Virus record (IMG/VR): IMGVR_UViG_3300029705_000062
Source: a virus
Direction: 5' to 3' (one strand)
Length of the DNA: 64,000 nucleotides
Below the pieces are notes generated by a model that was not told the origin of the DNA, did not search any database, and worked only from the letters and a program-made list of their open reading frames with translations. How positions within the stretch are numbered: the stretch's first letter is position 1; each line of letters starts with the position of its first letter. Position numbers and translations under genes: made by a program. Below are positions 45,645-54,834 of this stretch, one piece after another.

Positions 45645-47951
45645 TTAAAATTCCCCTTCACATTTTAATTTGTATAATATCATTCCTAAGAATGTAAACT
45701 TTAAACTATTTAAATTATTTGTACAACATCTATATAAAGCACTAGGCTCAGTTACAACTATTGCTTCATCCATTGCTCTTGTTATAGCAGTATATCCCCA
45801 TTCACTTGATAATAAAGAATATCCACTCATATCCATTGCAACGATAGTATTTTTAAATTGTGAACCTTGTGATTTATGTACAGTTATTGCATATCCTAAT
45901 TCTATGGTATTATATTTATTTTCTTTGAATCTAACCCTACCTATACCATCAATATTCATTTCAATATAACCTTCTCCAATTTCAGTGACAATACCTAAAT
46001 TCCCATTAAAAACTGCACCTTCAACAAACTCTTTTTTCTCCTCATTCCATACTTCGGCAGAATAGTTATTTTTAGTTACTAAGACTTTATCTCCTAGAGA
46101 TATAACATAATGATAATTTGTAGAAACTTTTGTTATGATATAATCAACTCCTTCTTTGCTTTCCTCTGAAATTGGATTATACCATGCTTTGATAATTCTA
46201 TTTATATTAAAGCAGGACAATTTACCTCTTAATCTTGTTGGACATACAACACATACATCCATAACATTATTATATTTATTATATCCATTTTTAAAATATT
46301 CTAAAGCTTTATAAGGCAAAGATTCTTTATTATCATCAACATCAAGAGTTAAATCCTGTAACTCTCCTAATGTCACAACTCCTTTAAAACCATAAGGAGT
46401 TATTAACTTATTCTCTCTCATTGCAATAGATTGAGTTATAATAGCACTTTTTTGAGCTTGTCTATGTATTTGAGTAAGTTCAACAACAGATACTATTCCT
46501 TTATTATTTAAAAGGTCAGTCATTATATTTCCAAGACCTATGCTTGGTAACTGTGCAGTGTCTCCTAAAAATATTACTTTTGTTGTGTTCTTTATAGCTT
46601 TTAATAAAGATAACATAAGTCTTGTATCAACCATAGATACTTCATCTATAATCACTATATCTGCACTTATTGGAAACTTATCATTTCTTGAAAAACCACC
46701 CTTTGGATTAAACTCTAAAAGTCTATGTATTGTACTGGCTTCTCTTCCTGTTACTTCCTTCATTCTTAAACTAGCTTTACCTGAAAGACATGCTTGAGCT
46801 ATAGTATAATTCTTTTTAGATAATATCCTAGACATAGCATTTGTAACAGTAGTTTTACCTGAACCTGCTTTACCTACAACCATAACAAAGTTATCTCTAA
46901 GGGAAGTTAGTATACCATTTTTTTGTTCATCAGTATACTTCCAACCTTGCTCCATTTCTATTTGAGCAACTTCCTCTTCCCAACCATTGTAGTCAAAGTT
47001 ATTTTTTTGTTTTGAAATTCTTATTATTTCTTTTGCTAGTGATTGCTCAAGTTTATATATTTCATGTAGTCCTATGTATTGTCTATCTTCACTCGCCCAA
47101 ATAACTTCATTTTGTAACATATCAGATAAAACACTTCCAACTAAATTTCTATCTAAATTGCTTTCATTAGATTTATATATTTTTTCTACTATTTCATTTA
47201 CAACATCTGAAAGAAATAGGTAGCTTTGACCTTCCATAGATTTAGAATTTAATGTATGATAAATTAAACCTCTAATTCTTCTTGGATCAGTTTCACTCAT
47301 ACCTGCTTTTAAACCTAATTCATCTGCTTTTAAAAATCCTATTCCATCAACATCTTCTGCTAATATATAAGGATTATCAGATAACTTAGATAAAATAACA
47401 CCATAAGATTTATATCTATCTAAAAGTTTATTTCTCATAGCTTCGGATACACCAATAGATGATAACCTAGCTATATAACTAGCATTTGCTTTATTTTCTG
47501 TGTAACTATTTATTATTTTAATGGCTGTTCCTTCTCCAATGCCTTTTATCTGAGTAAGAGCATTAACATCCTTTTTATCTAAAATCATTTTTATTCCTGC
47601 AACCTTTTTTATTTTCTTGAATTGAGCAGGAGTTAAAACATCACTTAGGTATAGTTCAAAATCTTTATCAGTTAAGTTATTTGTATATTCATCCATATAC
47701 CCAACTTCACAACTGAAAGAACCTCTTTTCTCATCATATTTTTCAGTTCCTATAAATCGGTATTTAGTATTACTTTTCATATAAGGCATATTACCTGTTA
47801 TAACAATATTACCCCATTGAGAAATATGTGGTTGACCTTTTATTTCTTCATTTACAATGCATGATACAATAGCAAAGTCCCCATCTTCATATTTAGTCTT
47901 TGGGAATAGTTGCTTGGATTTAGTAATTATTAATTCAACTATTTGCCCCAT
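45645..47951 (-). CDS. RecD2-like SF1B DNA helicase
   Basis: Walker A VVGKAGSGKTT and Walker B VIIDEVSMVD, then ..TVHKSQGSQF.. TAATG overlap with the upstream ORF. Confidence 0.75.
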   Translation of the reverse strand: MGQIVELIITKSKQLFPKTKYEDGDFAIVSCIVNEEIKGQPHISQWGNIVITGNMPYMKSNTKYRFIGTEKYDEKRGSFSCEVGYMDEYTNNLTDKDFELYLSDVLTPAQFKKIKKVAGIKMILDKKDVNALTQIKGIGEGTAIKIINSYTENKANASYIARLSSIGVSEAMRNKLLDRYKSYGVILSKLSDNPYILAEDVDGIGFLKADELGLKAGMSETDPRRIRGLIYHTLNSKSMEGQSYLFLSDVVNEIVEKIYKSNESNLDRNLVGSVLSDMLQNEVIWASEDRQYIGLHEIYKLEQSLAKEIIRISKQKNNFDYNGWEEEVAQIEMEQGWKYTDEQKNGILTSLRDNFVMVVGKAGSGKTTVTNAMSRILSKKNYTIAQACLSGKASLRMKEVTGREASTIHRLLEFNPKGGFSRNDKFPISADIVIIDEVSMVDTRLMLSLLKAIKNTTKVIFLGDTAQLPSIGLGNIMTDLLNNKGIVSVVELTQIHRQAQKSAIITQSIAMRENKLITPYGFKGVVTLGELQDLTLDVDDNKESLPYKALEYFKNGYNKYNNVMDVCVVCPTRLRGKLSCFNINRIIKAWYNPISEESKEGVDYIITKVSTNYHYVISLGDKVLVTKNNYSAEVWNEEKKEFVEGAVFNGNLGIVTEIGEGYIEMNIDGIGRVRFKENKYNTIELGYAITVHKSQGSQFKNTIVAMDMSGYSLLSSEWGYTAITRAMDEAIVVTEPSALYRCCTNNLNSLKFTFLGMILYKLKCEGEF

Positions 47952-48157
47952 TACCAACCACACTCCTTACATATACATTCCCAATCTGATAAATAGCCAT
48001 CTATACAATCTACACAAACTACTTTTCCACATTTAATACATTCAAAAAGCTTTGAATATTTAGATTTGCATACTTCACATTCATAAGCATGTAACTCAAA
48101 GAAAACTTCAGCTTCTCCCATATATAACTCCTCCAATAAAATATATTTTATATTCAT
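47951..48157 (-). CDS. Small zinc-ribbon protein
   Basis: CEVC..CIKCGKVVCVDC..CICKEC. Confidence 0.5.
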   Translation of the reverse strand: MNIKYILLEELYMGEAEVFFELHAYECEVCKSKYSKLFECIKCGKVVCVDCIDGYLSDWECICKECGW

Positions 48158-48230
48158 TATCTTATAAGTTCTATTTTAAATGATTTTATTGGAGGTTTCA
48201 ATAATGTTTTTAATTATTTGCTTAAGTGGA

Positions 48231-48259
48231 ATAGTATTTCATATAAAAGATGAAAGCAA
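48231..48259 (-). promoter_or_regulatory. Putative promoter for the helicase operon
   Basis: On the minus strand: TTGCTT-17 nt-TACTAT. The box AAGCAAATAATTAAAA (48208-23) lies 7 nt downstream. Confidence 0.5.
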
Positions 48260-48289
48260 CTTCCTTTAAAGTTTTCATTTTAATGGAAC

Positions 48290-49432
48290 TTAACTTGCCA
48301 CATTATTATATTCTTCAATTCTTTTATTTGCTATTTCTATATACTCTTTGTTTAAATCTATTCCCACATAATTTCTACCCAGTTCTTTTGCTACAACACC
48401 AGTAGTTCCACTTCCCATAAATATATCTAAAACTATTCCATTAGGAGGACAACAAGCCAATATTGGAGTACGAATTAATTCCATTGGATAAGGTGCAAAA
48501 TGACATCCTTTAAACGGTTTTGTATTTATTGACCAAACTGCTCTTTTAATTCTTCCTTTATGTATATTTTTATTTATATCATCTGTTTCATATTCTATAT
48601 ATGTTAGTTGGTAATCAATTAATTTAAATTCACTACTAAAATCATCTAATAAGTGTTTTACCTTATTCCAATCTTCAACAGCAGGGTAAGAAAAACCTTT
48701 AATATCCCTTCTAAACCAATGCTCTATCGTTGTTTTCTTTATATCTTTCACTTCATCACAAAGTTTTTTTAGTGTTATTCTACTTCTAAGAAAATTAACA
48801 AATTCTTCTTGAGTTGGAAGTTTTGGTCTAACTTCAATTAACTTTGTACCCCTTGTTTTGCTCATTCCTTGTCTTACACTTTTTTCTTGATTTTCATCTA
48901 AATATTTACTGTTTTTTGATTTAGAGTTTGATTTTGAATATTCAGTTTTTGCCTTCTCATATTGAGTTTCAAAATAATATAAATCATCTTTTGTAAAGAA
49001 AAATATCTTTTCATAATCTGTATTAAATCTTGTTTTAGCACTTGAAGGCATTGCATTTGGCTTATGCCAAATTATTTCGTTTCTGCATAACCATCCATTA
49101 TCTATCATATCAAGTTTAAATCTATCAGGTATACCTATTAAAGATTGTTTTTTTACCCCAATAGAATTATTTTTTGAATAAACATCTCCTATATTTACCC
49201 AACAACTACCTTGTTTTTTCAATACTCTTTTTACTTCTTTAAAAATTTCTGATAGTTTCAATAAATACTCTTTGTATGTTTCTTCATTTCCTAATTGTCC
49301 TTCTACTCCATAATCTCTTAACCCCCAATATGGTGGAGATGTTATACACATATCAATACTTTCAGAAGGTATATTTTTTAAAACATCTAAAACATCACCG
49401 TTGTATATTGTATTTAAATTTAATTTGTTCAT
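48290..49432 (-). CDS. DNA methyltransferase (beta-class N4-C/N6-A, SPPY type)
   Basis: CITSPPYWGLRDY (motif IV) near the N-terminus and FMGSGTTGVVA (motif I) near the C-terminus. Confidence 0.75.
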   Translation of the reverse strand: MNKLNLNTIYNGDVLDVLKNIPSESIDMCITSPPYWGLRDYGVEGQLGNEETYKEYLLKLSEIFKEVKRVLKKQGSCWVNIGDVYSKNNSIGVKKQSLIGIPDRFKLDMIDNGWLCRNEIIWHKPNAMPSSAKTRFNTDYEKIFFFTKDDLYYFETQYEKAKTEYSKSNSKSKNSKYLDENQEKSVRQGMSKTRGTKLIEVRPKLPTQEEFVNFLRSRITLKKLCDEVKDIKKTTIEHWFRRDIKGFSYPAVEDWNKVKHLLDDFSSEFKLIDYQLTYIEYETDDINKNIHKGRIKRAVWSINTKPFKGCHFAPYPMELIRTPILACCPPNGIVLDIFMGSGTTGVVAKELGRNYVGIDLNKEYIEIANKRIEEYNNVAS

Positions 49433-49469
49433 TCTTCAAATCCCCCAACTTCTAATTAAAAACTTTATT

Positions 49470-49781
49470 TTAATGGAAAGTTAATGCTAATATTAAAGTT
49501 AAATAATGTATAACTTGGTCTAATATTAAAGCATTTGTTTCTCCAATTATCTTAGGTGTTATACCTCTTGCTTTTATATAGTCAACTGGTATATGTATTA
49601 ATAATATTAACCAATACCATAATTGACTTATTTCATTTCCAAATATTAATCCTATTGCAAACGTATAAAGTATTGCATGAATACATAATATATAATTATC
49701 CTTGCCTTTATTCATAGCTAGGTAATTAGTTTGTAAAAAGTAATCCCCTAAACTATGAGCCATTAATAATTTTAATAACAT
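49470..49781 (-). CDS. DUF3307-like membrane protein
   Basis: ..LMAHSLGDYFLQTNYLA.. with multiple TM segments. Confidence 0.5.
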   Translation of the reverse strand: MLLKLLMAHSLGDYFLQTNYLAMNKGKDNYILCIHAILYTFAIGLIFGNEISQLWYWLILLIHIPVDYIKARGITPKIIGETNALILDQVIHYLTLILALTFH

Positions 49782-49816
49782 ATTATTGCCTCCATTTTTT
49801 AATTAAAAGTTTTATT

Positions 49817-49996
49817 TTAACGTAAATACTTATCAATGTCTTTAAGCATATCATCGCTTGGATTATCTATCTTTTCCAATGTTAAAATATATCTATCTCC
49901 ATCATAGTCTAATATTAGCTTATTATCGCTTTTGCTAGTGTATCCAGCTTCAAATCCTTTTATCATATTAAATATTTCATATAATTTATGTCTCAT
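49817..49996 (-). CDS. Small hypothetical protein (59 aa), below the track cutoff
   Basis: RBS gaggtaa. Encodes MRHKLYEIFNMIKGFEAGYTSKSDNKLILDYDGDRYILTLEKIDNPSDDMLKDIDKYLR. Confidence 0.45.
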   Translation of the reverse strand: MRHKLYEIFNMIKGFEAGYTSKSDNKLILDYDGDRYILTLEKIDNPSDDMLKDIDKYLR

Positions 49997-50028
49997 ATTT
50001 ATTACCTCAACTTCCTTTAAAATTTTAA

Positions 50029-50220
50029 TTACTCTTCTATATCTTCATCACCACATGAACATACATCACATTCACAAAATATACATATAAAATCATCACA
50101 CGAATTGTTTGTATTTTTTATGGTATGCCCATTAAATATACAACCCCATGAACCAAATGAAGTTGTAGAGTGAATACAATCACCACATCTATCATATTTA
50201 TTTTCCTTTAAATTTTTCAT
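50029..50220 (-). CDS. Small Cys-rich (metal-binding-like) protein
   Basis: 10 Cys in 63 aa. Confidence 0.45.
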   Translation of the reverse strand: MKNLKENKYDRCGDCIHSTTSFGSWGCIFNGHTIKNTNNSCDDFICIFCECDVCSCGDEDIEE

Positions 50221-50231
50221 TTTTACGGTAT

Positions 50232-50831
50232 TTATCTGTCTATATTTACAAAAAAGTTATCTTTTAAATGCTTACAACTTTCCAAATATTGTTTTCTTAT
50301 TCTATAATCTATTCTGCTATCTTCTAACATAAATATAAAAGATGTTATTATATCTTTTACTTCATCTATTTCAGTAGCTTTTACTTCTACAGTTAATCCA
50401 CTAGCTTTAGGTTTATTTAATAAAGTTAATAATCTTGTTATATCACTCGGTTTATGTCCATCATATTCTGGAGCATATTCTAACTCTTTTACATTAAACA
50501 TATCCCAATTATCTTTATGATAATGATATGTATATTGTCCTTCTTCTGTATCTATTCCAACTATAAAATAATCATCATACATAGTCCCATCATCATGCTT
50601 CCATGACTTCCAAGCTTTATCTTTATAAGTATTACATATTACTGAAAACAACACCATTCTATGATGATATAACTCTTCAAAAGTGTGGTATCCATCACTC
50701 ATTTTTTGAATACTTCCTAATTTAACTATCTTATAATTTAAGTTATCAAAGTTATCTCTTAATACTTTTGATAAATCTACTGTTGTTATATCACTATCTT
50801 TTTCATCTATTACTACTACATATTTATTCAT
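50232..50831 (-). CDS. Hypothetical protein (possibly WDGH-domain-like; uncertain)
   Basis: RBS taggagg. Contains ..GYHTFEELYHHR..YTYHYH..PEYDGHKP.. Confidence 0.45.
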   Translation of the reverse strand: MNKYVVVIDEKDSDITTVDLSKVLRDNFDNLNYKIVKLGSIQKMSDGYHTFEELYHHRMVLFSVICNTYKDKAWKSWKHDDGTMYDDYFIVGIDTEEGQYTYHYHKDNWDMFNVKELEYAPEYDGHKPSDITRLLTLLNKPKASGLTVEVKATEIDEVKDIITSFIFMLEDSRIDYRIRKQYLESCKHLKDNFFVNIDR

Positions 50832-50862
50832 AATTACCTCCTACCCTATTAAAAACTTTATT

Positions 50863-51018
50863 TTATCGGAACTCTTTCCATCTTGATATATATTTATTCC
50901 AATCTATACATTCTGCTTTATATCCACATTCACATATAACTTTAACACCTTTTAATCCTTTAGATGTTTTTCTAGGAATGTTTAATTTTAAATATGTATT
51001 ACACTTAGGACAATTCAT
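50863..51018 (-). CDS. Small zinc-ribbon protein (51 aa), paralogue of 51294..51491
   Basis: MNCPKCNTYLKLNIPRKTSKGLKGVKVICECGYKAECIDWNKYI.. Confidence 0.45.
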   Translation of the reverse strand: MNCPKCNTYLKLNIPRKTSKGLKGVKVICECGYKAECIDWNKYISRWKEFR

Positions 51019-51022
51019 ATTT

Positions 51023-51328
51023 TTATTCACTCCAATAAATTATTTTTATACCATATTGTTTTGCACACTCGTGTTCTATCCTACATCCTCTATAATTTTC
51101 CCAATCTCCTATACACAGTAATACATCTGCATCAGCTAATATTTCTATTGATTTAGATAAGTATTTTAAAGGTATGCTACCAGTTTGTGGATTATAATCC
51201 TCAAAATAACTATCCAATATCTCTACATTATAATTATTAATCATTAATAAATTTATAGCTTTGTTTCTTTCTTTTAGTATCTCTTCTTTTGACCTATTTC
51301 TCATAGGTTGACTTATAAAAACTTTCAT
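51023..51328 (-). CDS. DUF4406 / nucleoside 2-deoxyribosyltransferase-like protein
   Basis: ATG at 51328 follows caggaggt. Encodes MKVFISQPM..ADVLLCIGDWENYRGCRIEHECA.. Confidence 0.5.
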   Translation of the reverse strand: MKVFISQPMRNRSKEEILKERNKAINLLMINNYNVEILDSYFEDYNPQTGSIPLKYLSKSIEILADADVLLCIGDWENYRGCRIEHECAKQYGIKIIYWSE

Positions 51329-51491
51329 TTTTACCTCCTGCATATATAAATATTGAGTTTAGATATTCTATAAAATTTACTGAATATCCACACTTACATA
51401 ATATTCTAACTTTACTTAACCTTATATGACTTGCTCTAAAAGGAATTTTTAACTCTCCTTCTTCTTTGCATATTGGACATTTAAAATACAT
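51294..51491 (-). CDS. Small zinc-ribbon protein
   Basis: MYFKCPICKEEGELKIP..ILCKCGYSVNF.. Its 3' end overlaps the next gene. Confidence 0.45.
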   Translation of the reverse strand: MYFKCPICKEEGELKIPFRASHIRLSKVRILCKCGYSVNFIEYLNSIFIYAGGKNESFYKSTYEK

Positions 51492-51617
51492 ATTGTCACT
51501 CCTATTATCTCTGTCTTACTATTATTAAACACATTTGCATCACCATGTATTATATGACAACTTTTAACTATCCTCATAACTTCATCCTAACATCTTAAAA
51601 GTTTTATTTCAATAGAT

Positions 51618-51785
51618 TTATTTATCATTTAACATATCTTTGTTTACATAAAGAAACTTATCCTTATCTTCAATATTTTGCATTAAAACGATAGTATATT
51701 CTCCAAATCCTTCAATATATTTATCTTGAAATTCTATAATTTTATACTTACACCAATTATGAGTTATTACATCTCCTATATTCAT
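51618..51785 (-). CDS. Small hypothetical protein (55 aa)
   Basis: RBS gggaagtga. Encodes MNIGDVITHNWCKYKIIEFQDKYIEGFGEYTIVLMQNIEDKDKFLYVNKDMLNDK. Confidence 0.4.
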   Translation of the reverse strand: MNIGDVITHNWCKYKIIEFQDKYIEGFGEYTIVLMQNIEDKDKFLYVNKDMLNDK

Positions 51786-51789
51786 ATTA

Positions 51790-52005
51790 TCACTTCCCTT
51801 GAAATCTATTATTATGTAAATCCTTTAAAATACATCTTAATGATTTTGATACATTATTATATTTGTCTATTTCTCCTAACATATAATCAATTTCTTCTTT
51901 TGAATATTTATCATTATATCCAATCTCTATAGACAAACTAAATATTTGATATTCATAAAAATCCATTAGCTTCATAATGAACTTTTCTTTTAAACGTTTA
52001 ATCAT
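51790..52005 (-). CDS. Hypothetical protein
   Basis: ATG at 52005 follows aaaggaagttga (the track TTG is at 52011). Confidence 0.45.
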   Translation of the reverse strand: MIKRLKEKFIMKLMDFYEYQIFSLSIEIGYNDKYSKEEIDYMLGEIDKYNNVSKSLRCILKDLHNNRFQGK

Positions 52006-52068
52006 ATTCAACTTCCTTTAAAATTTTGATTTTAACAACACTTAATATTGATATGTAGATTAATATAC

Positions 52069-53456
52069 CTACATAGAACGTTCTAATGTAAGGTACATTA
52101 ATCCATTTGGTTGAACACCTTCAATTCTATTTAAAGAATGTATATCCCCATATGCTCTAGCTCTAAATACATCTCCATCTCTAAATCCTCTTACTAAAAG
52201 CATAGTTCCCCTACTAAACCATGACTTTTCAATTACAGTTTTCTTACCTGTATTTTCATCAACAGTAGATAATTGTTTATTATAAAAACTAAATGCTCCT
52301 TTTGAGAACTTTATATTAATAACACCATATTTTGTAAGTAAAGATACAAAATGCTTATTAGCATCTTTATCTATAACTGTACCTATTAGAGTATCTATTT
52401 TAAACCTTTTAAACGGTCTGCCATTTCTACTTACACCCTCTTCTGATACTATAGGAACTTCAGGTAATTCAAAATAATTTACAATGCTATAAGATTCTTC
52501 ATCTACATCTTCAAGCTCATGTCTATCATTGTAATAAGATACTGTTTCCATCTCCCAGTGTTCAACATTTGATGACTTAACATACTTTATCCAATCCTCT
52601 CTAAGAGTAAGTCTATTCGCAAGTTCTAAAGCTTCTTCACTAGATAGCCAATTTAAAAATTTAACAGCTTTTTGTTTAAAATATTTTTCAAGAGATTTAT
52701 CAGATACTATCATTACACCTTCCTCAGTGAACATATAATCAACATCCTCTTCAAAGTCATTTAAAAAATGTTCTTCTAAAAATGGAAGTGCAGTTACAGG
52801 ACAAACTCTATGCCATTTTTTTGTTCCAATAGTTTTATATAAAAATGATTTATCTGTAACATACTTTCTAAAGCTATATAAAGACAATTCATACTCAAAT
52901 TCTTTAGGTATTTCACCATGAGCTGAAATCTGAGGTATATTAGCTGTAGTTAATTTATTCTTTAATTTATCGCAACTTAGGATTATAAAATCTTTCATAA
53001 TTTCAATTCTTTGTTTAGACTCGATTTCATCAAAACATCCTGATTTAACTAGATTTACCATTTTACCTTTTGGTATATTATCTTTGTTTTTATCATAGAA
53101 ATCTTTTAATGATGTATAAGGTCTATTTGAAATTATATGGTTTGCATCCTCATGATTTATTTTACTTATTCCTTTAAATCCAAATAGTATTCTGTTTTTA
53201 TCTGTATCAGGGTTAAATAATAATTCAGAATAATTTATATTAGGTAAAGATACATTAACATTATTTTTCTTCATATCTCCTATAGCAACACTTATCTTAC
53301 CATAGTCTGTTGATCCATCTTCTGACCCTGCATTTACTATTAAACATGCTGTATTCCAATACATACTAGGATAATTCATATATAAATTCATAGTTTGTAT
53401 AGCTATTATAGTGTAACTCAAGCTATGGAGCAAACTGAATGAATCGAATACACCCC
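52069..53456 (-). CDS. dnaE: DNA polymerase III alpha subunit (DnaE-type), exon 2
   Basis: ..FDSFSLLHSLSYTIIAIQTMNLYMNYPSMYWNTACL.. continues the DnaE finger region. The 5' junction is modelled to +/- a few nt. Confidence 0.65.
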
Positions 53457-54834
53457 CATTTTCATGGTACTTTAACAAGTTTTATTTCAAACTTGGGTCT
53501 AGACTATATCTTATTTTGTAAATTGTATTCATCTAAATACTGCCACTTGTAACCAAAAGCAGTTTTATGCCTTCCTTTTAATGCATGTAAAATATTACTA
53601 CTCCATTTTTTAGCTCCAATGAATTTTAAAGCTTCTTCTTGACTTTTAAATTCCCTTATTTTTTCACCATTTAAACTAAGTTGAACAATGGGAGTTTCCT
53701 TTTTAAATGGATTTATTACTATTTCTATATTATTTTTTTTCTTGTAAATATAATCATCATAAAGCATCCAAAAATATCCATAAGCAACCCCATCTGATTT
53801 AAGCTTTCTTATAATTCGACCGTTATTTCTATCTCCACCACCAACAGATTTATAGGCTTCTGATTCATCTTTAAATACATTTAATAATTCTCCTTCAAAG
53901 CTTAATTGAGCAATTTTACACCCCCTAAAATTAACCTTTGAATATTCATCAAAATTAATTTCATTACAGTGAGAGAAAATATGAGTGCCTTTCACTATCT
54001 TTTTATTTATGCATTTTGTTATTGTACTATGTGAAAAACCTGATATTTGACATGCTTCTGTGATAGAATTTACCTGAAATACAAGTTCACCAGTAATACG
54101 ATAGCAATATACTTTTTTCATTTGCCCTAAAAGGCACATCTCAACTGCATGTTCCATATTTTCTTTCATAGATACAAGTTCTAGATTATCAACTCTATTG
54201 TCCCACTTTAAACCATTTTTATGATTAATATGATGTTCATTTTTAAAACCTTCTAAGAATACTTCTGCCACTTTTCTATGATTGTTTTTAATTCTACCAC
54301 AACTTAAATATCCATTAGATTGATTTACTGTTATATTCATAATTTTATTATTTTTTCTAAATCTACCAAAATTACTAACTTCATATTTAGCAACCTTAGT
54401 TTTTTTGTAGTATCTCCACTCTTCTTGATGCAATTCACTTTCTGTTAGCTCTAGTGTGTATGTATTTTTCATACCTTCAATTTTTTTAAGTTTCATAGTT
54501 TTATCACCTCCTTTATATTATATGTAAAATAAATATTCTCATGCAAATATACATTCTGTTTAAATACAATTTACAAAACCTTGGCACTTCCAATGGTGTT
54601 GACCTCCATTGTACTTTACTCCCTTACATCTTTAAGATGTGGTTTCATTAGTCGTTGCACCTTCCTATTAGTAATAAATAGGCTTGGCACAGGATTATCA
54701 TACCTTCTATACAATAGTGGCTTCAGACATCCCCTGTTAGCAACATCTCTATTTATCATTTCCTATAAATCCTAAACCGTAGATGTTACACCTCTTTAAC
54801 ATGAGTTCACCAAGTTTACCCTGAGCTATTTACA
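53457..54834 (-). mobile_element. Group I intron with an HNH endonuclease ORF, in dnaE
   Basis: On the minus strand: R-like TGCAACGACTA (54659-49) and S-like AAGATATAGTCT (53512-01), which overlaps the HNH stop codon. Hairpin CAAGTTT-gaaata-AAACTTG follows. The exon ends GCTGGGT and the intron ends ..AAAATG. Confidence 0.65.
53504..54496 (-). CDS. HNH homing endonuclease (NUMOD4 + HNH + NUMOD1/IENR repeats)
   Basis: RBS ggaggtg. Motifs EWRYYKKTKVAKYEVSNFGRFRK and HINHKNGLKWDNRVDNLELVSMKEN, plus repeated ..F.S..EA...[VI]G.. modules. Confidence 0.75.
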   Translation of the reverse strand: MKLKKIEGMKNTYTLELTESELHQEEWRYYKKTKVAKYEVSNFGRFRKNNKIMNITVNQSNGYLSCGRIKNNHRKVAEVFLEGFKNEHHINHKNGLKWDNRVDNLELVSMKENMEHAVEMCLLGQMKKVYCYRITGELVFQVNSITEACQISGFSHSTITKCINKKIVKGTHIFSHCNEINFDEYSKVNFRGCKIAQLSFEGELLNVFKDESEAYKSVGGGDRNNGRIIRKLKSDGVAYGYFWMLYDDYIYKKKNNIEIVINPFKKETPIVQLSLNGEKIREFKSQEEALKFIGAKKWSSNILHALKGRHKTAFGYKWQYLDEYNLQNKI

